Origin: Balanoglossus misakiensis
Lineage: Eukaryota; Animalia; Hemichordata
DNA: 64,000 bases
Direction of reading: 5' to 3'
Assembly (NCBI GenBank): GCA_040954595.2
Contig: CM082581.2
Span: 5,262,699 to 5,326,698, forward strand
The notes beneath the pieces were generated by a model. The model did not search any database. It worked only from the letters and a program-made list of their open reading frames with translations, and had not been told where the DNA came from. Position 1 is the stretch's first letter. Every line of letters begins with the position of its first letter. Below, piece after piece: positions 48,601-63,780 of this stretch. The position numbers were made by a program, and so were the translations under genes.

Positions 48601-51600
48601 GCTCTCTCAGGATACAAGTGTTTCTCCATTCAAGATGCACAGTCAATGGAACTATGGACAATTTTTACTGTGCAATACCGGGAAATTCGAGACGTGTATA
48701 ATTGAATCTTAAGACGGGTCAATTCCCTCGAAAGGTGAAGGATACAGAATTGCCATGGCGACTAAAAGCACTGACACTTTAAACCTACATGTATCAGATA
48801 CGTCATCTCACAGCTGACTGTTCAAAAATAGCCGATCGACCATGATCGATGATAAAACAAATTGCAAGCATTAGACACCAACCTGTCACTCTCACCGATA
48901 GATGAGATCGATTTTTCAGATTTCATTTTGCAACCACAGCATTTCTAGAGAGATATATTACTCAGAATTTCATGGGTGACCATGAAAATTAATGTATCTA
49001 CAATACTGAAATCGAGCTACTGTAATGTAATATTCTGTGATGAGAGTCAACACAGTTCCAATATTATTGCAAAACAGTGTTTTATATACTCTGTTTAGAG
49101 ATTACAGATGTACCGGTAGAGATGGGAGGGCCGCAGAAGTATGACTATGAGTCAAGAGATAGGAGGTAATCTTTGGGCTTGGAAGAAAAACCCAAAACTT
49201 GGATTTAGTTTCCAAACCGAAGAACATTCTAGCAGACTGTAATTTTGAATGGTGATGAATGATGATGACTTCTGTGACTCTTTACTTAACTTTGCGTAAA
49301 AGACAACGATTCGATCTTCGTCTGCTGGAAGGGTTAATGTAGGTTAATGCAAATGCAACAAAACTTTGAAACTTTGCAAGCAATAAATCATTGACATCAA
49401 AACTGACTGTTTGAACTGTTTGGAATGGACTAGTTTTAATTTAAAATGTTCAGAGACCAAATATACTAGCTAGAGTCATGGATGTTGAAGGTATTACCAA
49501 TAACCTTACATTAAATTGCGTAAAGGCTAATCTACCTACTCCCAACAGTTCTAAAAAAGAAAAGGTATCCAATTCTGCTGGTATATTCAAGCAGAGTTCA
49601 CTGGCCTCCGCGATGGGATAATGGGTATCTTGCCCGAGGTGGCCATGAAGCATGGCTTATTTCGCAAGTCAATTAAATATGGTACATCTCTGGCTGATTA
49701 GATGCTGTGCTGCGTAGGAGAGTGATCGATAGGTGTACACCCAGGATAAATACAAAGAGGCACAATTAGATGAGACCCAATGACACAAATGGTAGATCTG
49801 GCAAAGCACACTGGTTCTGCAGTATAATAGATAACTCAACTGAAGATAACTAACACAGTATTATATTGGTCAATCAACTTGGTTTCTCTCTGTTTAATTG
49901 GTGACGTGCAAGTCTTTGCACAGGCATTAAAGGGACATACATCAGTACTACAAGTCTACATGTATGAAGAACTCTATGGGAGATGAATAATTAACTTGAT
50001 GAATCTAATGCAATTGGGATATTCAGGGACGTACTGGTAGTCATTAACATGGGTCTCATATGGCTATACAGCATAAGGCATTAATCTAATGGATAATGGG
50101 TATATCTAGGGAGTCTGAGACTGCAAATACATGTATCTGTATATAAGGTTTGCATCTGTAACTAGGAACTACCTGTTTCTGCATGGACATGGAGGTACTA
50201 GTAAACCATGCAGACCTTTCACTTTTTAATCAGGGATTAGCCTGTTGCATGTACATACATGTAGCCGAGTGGGCCTATACTTATAATCTGCTACACGTTT
50301 GTGGTTTTTGTGGTTAAACCAGTGATCACTCACAAGAATGTTGACAAGAAATTGAGATGCAGAGAGCAGAACTAGCCACTGAGCTGATGAGCTGTTGAGT
50401 TATCCAGTGAGTATTGTAATCACCGGTCACACTGCATGACTGGATCCACGGCAGAAATTCCTACATGTACTTGTATCGACGCGCGCAATTTAACTCACGC
50501 AAAAAAATCAACAAGAATGGGCAAAGCGTTTGAAAGACTTCTCTGTATTTCTTGCAGCGCGGCATATACAAGTTAGTTCCATTCTATGGACTTTAGTATA
50601 ATGCACATTGAATAGCGAGTGTTTTTCTAGGCACTGGACCAGAAAAGTATGAGTAATTGATTCCACCCCAGTTTAGAGACACACAGTGGCAATGTACAAG
50701 TGAGGTTAAGATAATATGAACAGGTGCATGTCTAAATACAGAAAGCCTGGCGGCAAACACAGAAATGAATGTGAGAGCAAACATTTGAAATTCCGCCACT
50801 TTTACCCAGGCCTGTATTGCAAGTGGCATTTCAATGTGTCAAACAGTTGCTACGGTAACTGTTTGGTCTCTGAATCTGATATAACACATTAAGAGACACT
50901 CTGTGTACTTTTTTATTACTGACACACTTTTAATTTAATACTTGAAATTTCCACAAACATTCATATTACATGATTTAGACACAAGTTGAGTGTTTTGTCA
51001 CGTAGAGTGAGGTACATGTACAGATATTTCAATGAGGACAAAGCCAGTACTTAACAATAACAGTACCAATGTAGTAGAAAGTTATCGATGTTAATGAAAT
51101 ATGCTGAGTCATCAAATTTTGGTCTATTAGTATTACTCTCATCTACTGGGGTTTAAAATTATTTGGGTGATAATTATTACCAAAAACTGTTCGTTTTTTA
51201 TCAACTAAATTTCTTTTTGTTCTTTGGACACTACAAAACTGTGAGTCACAGATCTGTGCGCATATGTGAACCACTTGTCCCTGTTTTGTATGCAACGTGC
51301 ATTTCTGCCTGTAATCACACACTGGAACAACATGCTGATAACACTGAAGGTATTATTGCATTTGTTCATTCAACTCGGCTAATCCTATCATAGTACAACC
51401 AACTACTAAAGACGTTTTTCCTCCCAAATAAAGCACAGATCCTTGACTTTCTCTTACACTTTTATTCTTTCAGCCACCAAAGTCGGAACTTTGCTGTTAA
51501 AAATCTTCTTTTTCTCAACATAACCAAATAACTTTGCAAAATATGTTGAAAAACAAGAATTCTCAATTACAGACTATTAGTAGCAACACATACGTTATGA

Positions 51601-53224
51601 AGAGGTATTCTATGCTGGGCTACCAGGCGACTGTAGCACCAACCGGAATGTCAATAGTAATAATGCTATTACTGATAATCTTGGTATCTTAACCACTGAA
51701 TGATGCTTTTCTATGCTGCGGACCAAAGTTCTTTCAATGGGTCACTGGGCACTTGCTGACGGATTGCCACCAAGCCCAGTTTAAGTATTTATGACAAAAA
51801 GAGGATGTTTAACCTGTTGAGAGATTATGACTGCATATTACACAACAAAGTGTCTATCAATCTAATGCCTGATCTCGAAGACCCCCTCAAGCCCTAAGCT
51901 ATTGCAACATCTTAACTGCATTATAGTGCATATAACAAAACTATCGAGGACTTACATGTGAAGTATTCTAACACTAACATACGATGTCTGATCGCGACAT
52001 GAAAGAAACTTTGTGGGAGTGCCCTCTACAGGCCAAATGATGAGAGTATTGAATGCACCATACGTATATACCCAGATTTGATATTTAGTAAATTGTTAAT
52101 ATTGATATAGGTGAAATGACCATTAAAATATTCAATTACAGTTAAAGCTACCAGGCACCTTATTTTACAGAGAAAGATTTACAGGGTTGTTTCAATTATG
52201 ATAATATTAAGTTGAGCGACAGTAATTCGCTTATTTTAAGACGATTTTCATTAGACACTTAAAAAGTCGGACTCAGGAAAACATTACAGCAGAGAAGTCA
52301 ATATACTAGTACCAAAACACATGGCAATGGTATTACATGGTATTACTCGATTGCATAATAGCCATATTGGAGAAATAATTTCAGCCATTATTAGGCTGAT
52401 TTATAATATACTACAGATAGATTGATTTTGGACATAAATATTCTGCTCACTGAATCACTGAATTATTACTGTTATAATCTCACTCTGGTAGTAGGACTAC
52501 GTGATATATATACACTTCTCTGTTTTTGTACACATACACTGATGTTCTGCCTCTGTACACAAGCTTCAGAGAGTTGAAGACAGACAACTCAGCATACCCA
52601 CTTTGGTATTTATCAATTTCTGACACATAATTATTTAATATCATCTATAAAAGCGAGAGACTTTCTCCCTCAAAACATACAAGCCTAGGTAGTATTCCGT
52701 AATTATCATATATGTGGAAAAATATCAATGTGATATACTTGTTCCATACAGTATTAATGGCATGTTGGGCTCTGCTCATCCCTGGATCCTGGCATTAAAT
52801 ATTTGATATGGTCCAGCTTCTAGCTGATTAAATTATAAATATCCAAATGTTTACTTGGCTAAGTTTGAATACATCACACATATTATCAAGCCATTCAACA
52901 GATTGATGTACAACAAAGTGAAATTCAAAGTTTTTAACCTTGCACATTAGTATTCCCAGCCATAAGTTTGTATGTTATTGTAACTTGTCAGTGATATTCT
53001 ACAGGGAATTATACGGCTGGGTAATTTCGCCTGAATACATGTGATATGTTTTCTAATTATCCTGGATTCATCCCAAAATAATGCAATGGCAATTAACGCA
53101 AGTTTCGCGCCAGCTGAAAATATAGGGCTGCGGGATCTAATTAATCCCCTCTCCCTACCCAGACCAAATTAGTCTGACTCTTGTTCCGTGTTACAGTGTT
53201 CTACATTGCTTATTTTGAGTCGAC

Positions 53225-54134
53225 TTAAAGGTATACGGTCACCTATAGAAATTTAGGTACAGTTACATTGTACCCAAAAAAATGCAAGAATATTATACAA
53301 AGAAGATTAATGCAGTTTCAAGAACACTCCAAAATTCCATTTATATATTGTGTTTATTTTTGCATTTGTGCATTTGGCTATGAAAGTATTTGCCAAACAT
53401 TTCAGCCTAATCTCTCGGAACGGCCGCCCATGATTGCGATAACAAATCACAAGTTTATCTCGTATGACCTTTGACATGATATGGTTAGGCCTGTGCTATC
53501 AACATGACGTAGTCACATCGTGCAATGTTTGACCAACAAACTCATAAGCACTATTTATAGAAGAAATCAAATCATATCCGATTGTCTTTATATTCGGAAG
53601 TGATATTTTCCTGGTTTTGTTCCCATCACATGTACTTTGTACTGGTTATTATGGCCAACAGGAAGACTTCATACACCAGTATGTAATCAGTGACGGCCAG
53701 TAGTCTTAGAGAACTAAGTACTGCATGTATTACTATCAGTCAAGAGGATTTTCGCAGTGGATCTTGTTCAAGGCTGCATACAAGTACCAAATTTTTGAGA
53801 TAGTCCCCAAAAATAAAATTATAGGCGGTTTACAAGTTGACAGGGTACTGAACATTCTCTCTGATTTTCCACTGAGCTGATATATTTTCACTGCCAGTAG
53901 TCATTTTAACTCATCACAGCCAGCTGTTTTTGTCAGTTTTTTTCTATTGATCACTATAACCTTTTCTTCTAAATCCTCAAATATAATAAAGCTAACTTTA
54001 TATATAATAGAATACTGCACACTTAGATATATATTGATAAGGAACAGGCGATAGGGGCAAATGATGGAGAGAACTGGGTTAGGGCTGGGGTTGGGCATCA
54101 AAGGCTTCACATTACTGGTGACTGTATTAATTAA
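53225..54134. mobile_element. TTAA-flanked non-autonomous DNA transposon (Kolobok-like)
   Basis: ttaa|aggtatacggtcacct at left and ggtgactgtat..ttaa at right (imperfect TIR); the same terminus recurs at 56121. Confidence 0.5.
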
Positions 54135-56120
54135 TTGTCTTCTCTAAAATTAAAATATAACCACATAAAAATGCTTCATATACATTTTGCATGAATTTTA
54201 AATGTTGCATGAGTGTACTATTAGTGTTATTGTTAGGATCAATGTTGTTTTATCACCACATACACAGTTTTTTTGCCAAGACTGATATTGCAATTGGTTT
54301 GTATACATTACAACCTCATCTACCCTCTGCATGCATCGTTACAGTTCCCACTGCAAAGCTTTTAATATTCCGTATTCATTCTGCCCAGGCGTGAGGTAGA
54401 CAATTAAAAAGAAAATTAAATGTGTTCATAAATTAAAGTGTATTTGGCTTCCCTTCACTGAATACACTCTCCAGCTATAGTCATTTATATGAACAGAACC
54501 CTTTTCTTCTTTTGTGACTTAATTGGAAATTGTTCACGTAACGGTGTCCTGGGTGCACACCTAATAGCTTGCCTAAGGCTACACCGATATATGTAGTTAT
54601 TTAGAAACCTAGCAGTAGCACTGTAGATGTCTTTTTCAAAATTCCACAGACAAAATGAACATATATTGAGTCTCCGTTAGGTGCTTTGACGAGACATCAT
54701 ATACAAAAGAGTGCGATGATTGATAGCTTCGTGGCATTTGTGAGGAAAATAACAAATATAATTACAGACCGCCCTCGGACAAATGTGATATATTAAACTT
54801 TACATCAATCTGAGCAACTGTCGAAGTTTCCTTTGATAAGCCCGGGTACTCAAGTGACAAATTTTCTTGTATAAAGGAGAATTTGGCAGAGAATATTTGC
54901 TTTGAAGGTTACCCTGATCTGATAATTCTCGGTGATCGCAACACAATAGAGACTCCAAGGTTAGCATTATGGCGGCTGAACTTGACCTTGTTCCATACCC
55001 CCAGCTGCTCCATGTACAATGTAGAATAGACAATGCAATACAGGTACAGTGTAAATCCTAGTTAAATGCCAAACTGTTTTTCAATGACTGTATTCGGTAC
55101 CTTGTTAAAATTGTTCCAAGAGATTATCAGCTACTTCAGGAAAAATCCATTTTCATAAATTGTTTGACTTCCATTGAAGAGAAATATATGAATGACTACT
55201 TGTATGACCCCTACAAATTTAATTCATTTGGTCATTGGGAATATTGTCAGCTCCCTATCAACCATTCACAGTGATTATCACAAGTGTATCTTATTTGACC
55301 TTTGACACTAACCATAAATGGATTTAAATGATCTGGGCGAGCCTGGACAATATCCGTTTGTTTCACAACCTCTACATGTATCGGTAACTCTCCAAGCAGA
55401 GAGATTAGCAATAAAATATGAATTCTCAATCGTGTAGGCCATACAGTGTATGTCAAAGGAATATAACAAGTGGGCTGAAGCTGAATGATCATGATACAAT
55501 TCAGAAAATGCTGATATGAACTGGCAGCCAAGATAACTTAAATCAACTTATAACAAATGACATCAACTGCATACGATCACCATAGCAACATGATATACAT
55601 CTACCTTATAATCATGGTCACTGGGTGATGTAACTGAGTGTCATAGAGTGTGGAATAGAAGTTTGTTCGCAAGCAATTCTTAAAGTCTTTTAATAGGTTC
55701 ATAACTCTCCACATATGGAGGGATTCAAGGAAAGGAAATTGTTAGAATTTCTAGAGGGCATTTAAAGATTAATAGATACTAAATGCCATTGACATGTTCT
55801 TTACAATCTCGCCTACAATAACAATTTAATTTACCTTCAAGGTTTTAAGCTCTAAAATCAAATCACATTGTCAGGTCTATTGATTTTACCTTATTTTATC
55901 ATCATTTTCCTTTTTGTAATTCAGTGCCAATCAATTCCGTTAGATGCCAAAATGAATGTCAACTAGAAAGAGTTTAATTGGACTGCACCTAGTATCTGTT
56001 GAATGTATCGTGGGCATTATGCATGCAGCACACACATACAGATCTAGCTGATACACACTGCTGCTCTTTACAGTAATCTTTATTTTTTTATCTCGAAACT
56101 CTGTGCCTGGGGAGTATGAC

Positions 56121-56760
56121 TTAAAGGTATACAGTCACCTCCAATTTACATACGCCCATATTTGGCTGAAATGGCGTATTTGAGCAACGTTCTACAGAAC
56201 ATATGGTGGCGCTCTCGTTTTTTTTCAAGTGTGCCACCCACTGAAAATCTGTGATTGGCTAGATCTCAATTTGCCATGATAACTACATTGTATAGCTAAT
56301 TTTCCATAGGTGACAATATGATGTATACCTCTGCATGATTTCAAATGGTGCCTCTGAAAAATCACAGTTCTTCCTCTTTCAGCACAAACGTTTTTTGTCC
56401 TTAATTCACAGAGAGAATATAAGAATCTGATCTCATACACATTTTCACCTACACTAATATTGAGAGCCCATTAAACAATACCCATAACAAGGACATGGAT
56501 TACGAGAAATTTGTGATGTCACTATCCTGTACAAATTTGATTAGCTGTTACAGACAAGTCTTGTGCAAATTTACTCGTCTCTCACTGCGCCACATTGCAG
56601 ACAAATTTTTTCTGCATGGCCGAATAGAAGTTATTACTGGTTATAGACATCATTCGGGAAAAATCATAATTCATCAAAAATAATTCATCTGGTTATAATT
56701 TTATTTCCCTTGACAATTTATCATGTAAAACACCATAACATGGTCAAGTTGACTGTTTAG
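56121..56760. mobile_element. Related TTAA-start element with the same terminus
   Basis: gacttaaaggtatacagtcacct is nearly identical to 53222-53244; right end uncertain. Confidence 0.4.
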
Positions 56761-59700
56761 ACTTGTTCAGGTAATTGCTTCGGAATCACAAAGCTATACA
56801 ACCCAAGAGATCCCGTAACCCAAATACAATCATTTTCCCTTGTGATTAAACCTCTTTCTTGTTTGAACACTGGAAAAAGTACAGATCTTTTCAGTTCACC
56901 GTTGAATTTCAAGAACACCATTAAGTTGTCAGTTCTGTATGGAAATCCTGATTGAATTAGCTCACATTTCTGATCACACACCCACACAGTATAACATGTA
57001 ATACTTCAGGGTGATTTACTAACATCAGATTTCAAACCCTTTTCAAGCTAGGGACTGCACACCACAAGCTCTGTACATACACTCCACATCGCCTGACCGG
57101 TCCAGTCGCACTGCATCATGGGATGCTTTTGACATTGGCTTCCCCATACTCATGAGAACTGCCATTGTGTAGACTCACTAAGTGGTTAGGCAATTCGTGG
57201 GACGTGTACCGTGTAAGCATGCTGTCATGCTTTTTTTGATGAACACACATACCATGGTAACTATAGACAACTGTTACCGTGCGTATGTGGGTCAGGAATG
57301 ACTGCATAGTGCAAAGTCACTGATCATGCATTAACTAAGTAAAAGGTTAGGTGGCTTTCCTCTATGGCATTGCAATGTTGACTTAGCTAAACATTATATG
57401 ACTTCAACAGGTGCTTTATATGGTTTGTATGAATGCAGTCATCAATCACAAAGTCACCGTGGCAGGAAACAGGTGATCTCCAGGTGATCTGATTTATAAT
57501 ATATTATTACATGCATATCATTCGAAACTGGAAATAAAAAACTTAAAACTCCGCCATAAACAACATTTAGTGCATAGTACTCAGGTTCTCCTATTTTCAT
57601 TCACAGGTACATGACCTTTGGCCCCAGCACAGTAGCTGTAGTGTTCTAAGCTTATTTGTCAATGTGATATGCATGGCTGGGGTACAAGCCCTCTGGAGTA
57701 GGAGAGAAAGTTCCAGTGCCAAGCCAATTGGTAGCTTAAGTTGATTTATACATATTTCGAGGCTGTGATCTAGACCTACGGTATATGCAGACTTTAAATT
57801 ATCAATATGACATATACTATGAAGTTCACAACAACTAACTTTTACCGTATGTGGTCACCCTCTCAGTATATAGCATGGCAGAAATGTCTTCATAAAATTT
57901 AATTTAAGAATAATGACATACAGCATTGACATTTGATGGTATTTTTTTACAGAGCGCAAACAAGTACTAGCATGCAATGGTGAGCAGGAATGTATAATTA
58001 GAGATTGTGTTTTCAACAAATTTCCTGCATGTTCTCCATCATCATCATCGCATGCTTGACCTTTGCAGCAGACTCAAGTCTATGTCAATTATTCAGCGGC
58101 AAATTTCTGACTTCAAGGGGAATATATACACAGACGGAATCCAACAGAGAACATCAGAAGATCTCACAGCTAAAGCCAAAGTGCCTATATTAAAAGAAAA
58201 ACCCTATTTTATTTTATTTTTTCATAAATCTGTGAGCAATGAAGAAATGCACGACACCATAATGGAGAGTAACTGAAAAGTCGGTTATGGTCACGCCACT
58301 TGAGGGTGGGGTGACCTAGTTCAAATCTGAACTGAAGAATCAATTTCTCGCATGTTACTTGATGCCTTTTCACCTCACATGACACTGGTCCATTAATAGA
58401 AAGGCTGAATCTGGAATTATCTTCATGAGATCAAGTTCTGATGGAAAATCCCACAAGACCATGTTGTATGAATATACTTGCACAAGTGCAGGTATATTGT
58501 ACTTCATAAATATTCATAATTTTGGGGCCAGCAAAGTCCACCACATCTGATAACATCATCATTCAAATTATTTGGTGGAATTTTAGCTTCAGTGAATTAA
58601 TGTATTAACCTTGAGTTCACATTTTATCAAGTTCAAACTTATCAGAAAGGTCACTGTCAAGTATACTAGTACCCTACAGAGATTAGCTAAATTGCAAATA
58701 AAATCGAAAGAATTTCACAGATAAAGTCTTTTGGTACTTTCGCTAGACTTTGTGTGCATGTCAGTAGATATTGCTAATCACAAAGGTGTACAATGACACT
58801 ACAGTGAGTCTATTGGGTATCAAGGCTATACAGTTTATTTTTCATCCAGGGACTTGCAAGGAAATTCAAGGCAGCCACTTCCACTTGGGTAAGTATGTGT
58901 GCATTGCGTCCCAAATACCAGGATTTACCAGATACTACGCCTACAGTTGGACACCCAATGTCAGATTGCATAGTTGCCATTGAGTTGAACTGCTAATTGA
59001 ACTATTCCTGTGTGGGCTCAGCATTCCTGCTATGCATAAATGCAGCCTAGAGGTCTATAACAGAAACAGCAGATAACACACAAACATTCCATCCAACAGA
59101 AGAACACACAAAGAGCAAATTGCCTGTCACTCTATTACTACTCATGATCTCATTAATATAAATACGGTCCTCAGAAAGTATAGGCATGCACCTGGTGTAC
59201 ACCTGTCAGCAGTAACGAAACTGCGACCAATCAAAGGTAATTTATGGCATATCACTGGCTGGACTTATTGGTCAAAGGTGTTGTCTATGAAAGTCTAAAC
59301 TCACAGGTTAACATCACCTGGTGTTCACCTTTATTAAAATGTGCTGACACAGAAACCGACCAATCACTAACAAGTTTGTGAGGATTAACATGAACTGTAG
59401 GTCAGCTTGACATTGACATTACATGCTGAATAATTAATCAGATGTTAGTTACCCACAACAGCTGATCGACAGCTGCACTCGTGGGGTCATGAATCAAACA
59501 TGATGGCTGAAGAAAAGGTGTATTAAATTTGCATAATAATGGACGCCTAGACAATGAGATGCAGGCCTGGGGATACTACCAGTTTACATTCGGAGAAATT
59601 ACAGGGTCAGTTGGCGATCCACAATCAACCAGCATTGAGAGTATATTCAAATTAAGTCGTCTGACCATGTCCCAACACTGACAACTGTCAAATGTGTGTC

Positions 59701-60418
59701 ACAAAGAGGGCCTGATTGGCGCCAACTTCAGAAATGCTTGAAGTCACAAAAGAAAGGAGAACGCTGCCAAAGCTGACAGTGGCACAGTATCGCAAGAAAC
59801 TTTCTCTGCTTCGTTCATTTCTTTGTGAAACCAGGTGTTTAACCAGGTGCGCGAATGACAGCAAAACCCTGTCAGAATCAAATTGACATTAAAAGCTGTT
59901 TTTTCAACGTTTTTCTCTACATGTACATTGATATGTTAATTTGTAGTGTATTCCAGACCTGTGACACAGCCACTACATGTAGCAATTCACTGACCATGAG
60001 TGCCCACGTTTAAATAAAAAATACATTCCAACAATATTTAAACTGACTCCAACCTTGTTCTACGCTGACTTCTTTACACAAATAGTTTTGGACACTATGT
60101 ATCATTAGATAATTGTGAATTATTAGCTTATACAACAGGACAATTGCGTATTATTATTTCATTAAATGCCCATATTGTTAAAGTGGGCATTTCCACATAA
60201 ACAATAGATCTTTGTCTACAAATACACACACTGAACAGGAAACAAAAAGTCAATTATATCAGCATCTCCATTATTTAAGAATTTTCTGCATGTTTAAATA
60301 CTTGTCATAATTTGTTTGCACAGTGTATATATCATTATCAACAATAAAAACATCACTAAGAGGTGCTCGTTTATCATTAATTAATAATATTAGACTACAC
60401 ATTATTTATGATATGTAC

Positions 60419-60900
60419 TTAAGCAGTTCTATAGAAATAATACAGGCAAATGAAGTGGGAATATAATTTTATGGTCAGTTGCCATGTAGGAACAGACAAG
60501 AAATGTACAGCATTGTATAAATTTTTCCAGACTTCCTTGTCTGTGTAAAGCAGTCTCCGGAACCACTCTGGAAGTATAGAAGTGTAGCAGTTTCGCCACT
60601 TGCACACACAAGTATGCATTATCGAGCCACCCATCAAGTACACTGTCAGGTAATTGGCAATACAATCATTAAAAACAAACTAGAACCACTAGAATTTGAA
60701 TTGCGAAGTTGAGTTACAATGGACGCAGAATACTGGATTGAAACAGGCCGTAGAGTCAACAGTTGGACTGCAAACAACAAACGCACTCTGAACGACCAAC
60801 AAAGCCTACTTGTATTCAAAAAGCTATAGCTGGCAAGAAGTTCCTCAGCTTGCCATGTTTTGCCAAGGTACAACTCCCATACAACAATCGACAGCATTTC
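60419..60900 (-). mobile_element. Decayed LINE (CR1/L2-like) ORF2 3' end
   Basis: Frameshifted peptides LTLRPVSIQYSASIV and EWFRRLL..KNLYNAVHFLSVP resemble LIRPVLEYA and FRxLLP..NLRNAxHLxxP of CR1/L2 ORF2 C-termini; judged by eye only. Confidence 0.35.
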
Positions 60901-62400
60901 ACAAAGCCTTTTGTAAAATGCTTGTGTATAGGGCTTTGCTGACTACCTGAATTGTGGCAAAAACACCAATACACAGGAAAGCTGTTAAACAGAGGTAAAA
61001 CTGAGGTCAGAGGCATTGTGAGATGTGTACAACGTGAATTGTTCAGCTCTCACTGCACCGAGGCTCAGACCACAAAACACATTTAACTTTCAATATTGAA
61101 ATAACACTTTATCAATGGGTAGCTTGTTTTCCTCAAGTCAATCACCTGATGTAATGTCCATCTATGCAGGTCTACCAGCATGTCCTAGTACCTGCTTTAC
61201 CATTACGATTTTGGTCTAATCCCATTTTTCAAGGCTATATGGTTCTACCATTTTTAAAATGGGAGTGGTATGTTTACAATCACTGAATCAAATACACAAC
61301 ATGAAAATTTTAATAAAATCACAGAAAGGTAAATATGTTGTGATGAATCATTTATAAACCTCTCTAATCAGGACAGATTTTTCAAGACAAAAGTTACACC
61401 TCTCTATTCCAGACAGTGTTTCTCTTTCCTGAATAAGACAGGTTTTACAGAAGATATTCAAACAAGAAGACAAACAAATGAGGCAGCAATTTCATGGGCT
61501 ATATATCAGAAATGAAGTCAGCTGATCACACAGCGAGGCCATAGCTCCTTTCATTGCCATGGCAACATAATAGTCCAAACTCCTGTTAGAGTGGATCATT
61601 AACAAAACGGAATGTGACGATAAAATGTCGGGATGAAAGAGGGAAAGGCCGGCATAAAAAAGGCTTTTTATTAGGAAGGTGATTATGTAAAGCGTAAAAA
61701 GCGTCTAGTCTTCAATGTGTGACAATAACATTAAAAGAGAAGTTAATGGATGTACCACTACCAGTATGCATCCGTGGGTTTTATGAAGAAATCTCTATTA
61801 AAATTCCTTGGGATAATCAGTGGAATTTTCTATGAATAAACTGGGCAATATACATCCTGACATGATAACAATGCAGTTCAGTGTTGCATTTCATGTGAGA
61901 TATGGAGCATTTTACTAGCAGAAACATACTCTAACCCTACTGGTGGAATTACCAAACATTATTCAATAAAATAATTTCTAGCTGGTACCAGAGAACTGAA
62001 TGCAAGATACAAATTTCAGCAACGTCTTGAATTGACTCAAAATTTCTAATCAAAAATCATAATTTGTTAGAAAATACACCTGTAGTTTAAGAGGATAAGT
62101 GGGTGTGGATGTTTAATGGAGTTCAGTCAGGATACAACTGAAGAAACCAAGTTATGCTTCATACATGTGCATTACGCAATTCCGTTCAGAAAGCAACCAA
62201 GCTTATCAATTATTCTTACATCATTGCAAGCTGTCTGCTTCCAAGAGCTCCCTGATTACTTAATGTTTTATAAATCGCAACAACATCTTACGGAATCAAA
62301 ACTACATCTCTGTTTCTATGGAAACTGTTTCATCTGGCTTGAGTTAAATTGAAATGCACTCCCAATACATTTCATGGCATTTATTAGTTTCATGAAGTAA

Positions 62401-63193
62401 GGCTGCATTCACAAACACCTCTGGAGGGGGGGGCGGGAGAATTCAATTTTTTTTACCGCTAATTTTCACATGCCCCCCCACACAACCCGAAATATTTTCA
62501 AACCCCCCCCTTCCGTACTGCCAAAATTTTGAAACCCCCCCCCCCCCCATTTTCTTTCACAGAGCAAAACACATCTATCTTGTAAAAAAGAAAAACAGCG
62601 TTCCCATGAAAAGAATTTGAAACTGATGTTTCCCCTCATCAGTGGGTATTAAAACTGAACATTGTTTTTATTTTTTAAGTATTTGTACTCTGTGTTGGGA
62701 GACATTGTAAACCGAGAATTGAAGGGGGTGGGTTTGGGAGGGGGTGTCCCCCTCCCACGTAAGAAAATTTTATAAAATACAGAGCTCAAAGCTGCATTTT
62801 AATGAACCCAGCAAAAGCAGATTAACTCAACTACCGGTATGTTGGGGAGGACAAATTTAACCGTCGCCGCTCAAAGTTATCATGGGGTGGGGGCAAGTCC
62901 CCTGACCTGGGACACTAGATAAAGCAGTCAATGATTGAAAGGTGTTGATGAATGGAGGGGGTGGGTGTGGGAGGGGGTGTCCCCCTCCCACATTAGAAAA
63001 TTTTGTAAAATAAAGGGCGCGAAACTGCATTTTTGTGGACTCAAAATAAATATTTAGTCGTCAAAGTTTTCAAGTCCCCCCCTTTCAGTCCCTAAATTAT
63101 TTCAAATCCCCCCCCTTACATACCCTCAATTTTTTCAAATCCCCCCCCTCAATTCTCCCGCCCCCCCCTCCAGAGGTGTTTGTGAATGCAGCC
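62401..63193. mobile_element. Non-autonomous DNA transposon (PIF/Harbinger-type MITE)
   Basis: ~43-bp near-perfect TIRs GGCTGCATTCACAAACACCTCTGGAGGGGGGGGCGGGAGAATT; TAA on both flanks (62398-62400, 63194-63196); sub-terminal ttttcaaaccccccc repeats; internal duplication near 62725 and 62957; no ORF. Confidence 0.85.
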
Positions 63194-63428
63194 TAAGAAT
63201 GAGGAGTATTCTCGATACAGGCTCAGAAATTCTCTAGAGTAGAAACTCTACGACACTGAGTTCATTAATGCTGCATGCACGTCACTCTTCAAAGAAGGAC
63301 AACTTTGCAAGGGTCACTTTTCTGACTCAGTGGGCAAGCAAAATACTTCGCCCACACACGACATTCTGAGTGCCATTTGTCAATCACAGTATTTCTCTTG
63401 TGTTTAAGCTAGCTGTTACTAGTCTCCA

Positions 63429-63780
63429 TTGAGGTACTGCGCACCTAGAAAATCAAAGTCTTAAACTTTTTCTCATATTTTGCTCAAGCAACTTTAGATT
63501 TATATAATGAGAATAAACACTTGGGGTCACAGTGCAAATTTTGAAAAAGAGAGCGAAACTCGCTAAAATTTGAAACTCAAATGGCCACCAATCTCCGAGT
63601 TATGAACTCAACACAGAAAAAGGTCATGGTGGGGGGAGAGATGGAGAACACCCTATTTTCGTTTTCTTATCAAAAATACTTCTCACATATATCTAGAAAA
63701 TAAGTATATAGAGAGAATTGAAAGGTTTGGAGGATCGGGGTTACAATTTTCTTTTTGAAAATCTGTCCCCAAGGAGCAGA
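63429..63780 (+). mobile_element. Dispersed repeat fragment, same family, copy 2
   Basis: Shared sequence with 20758-20950; 3' end approximate. Confidence 0.65.
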
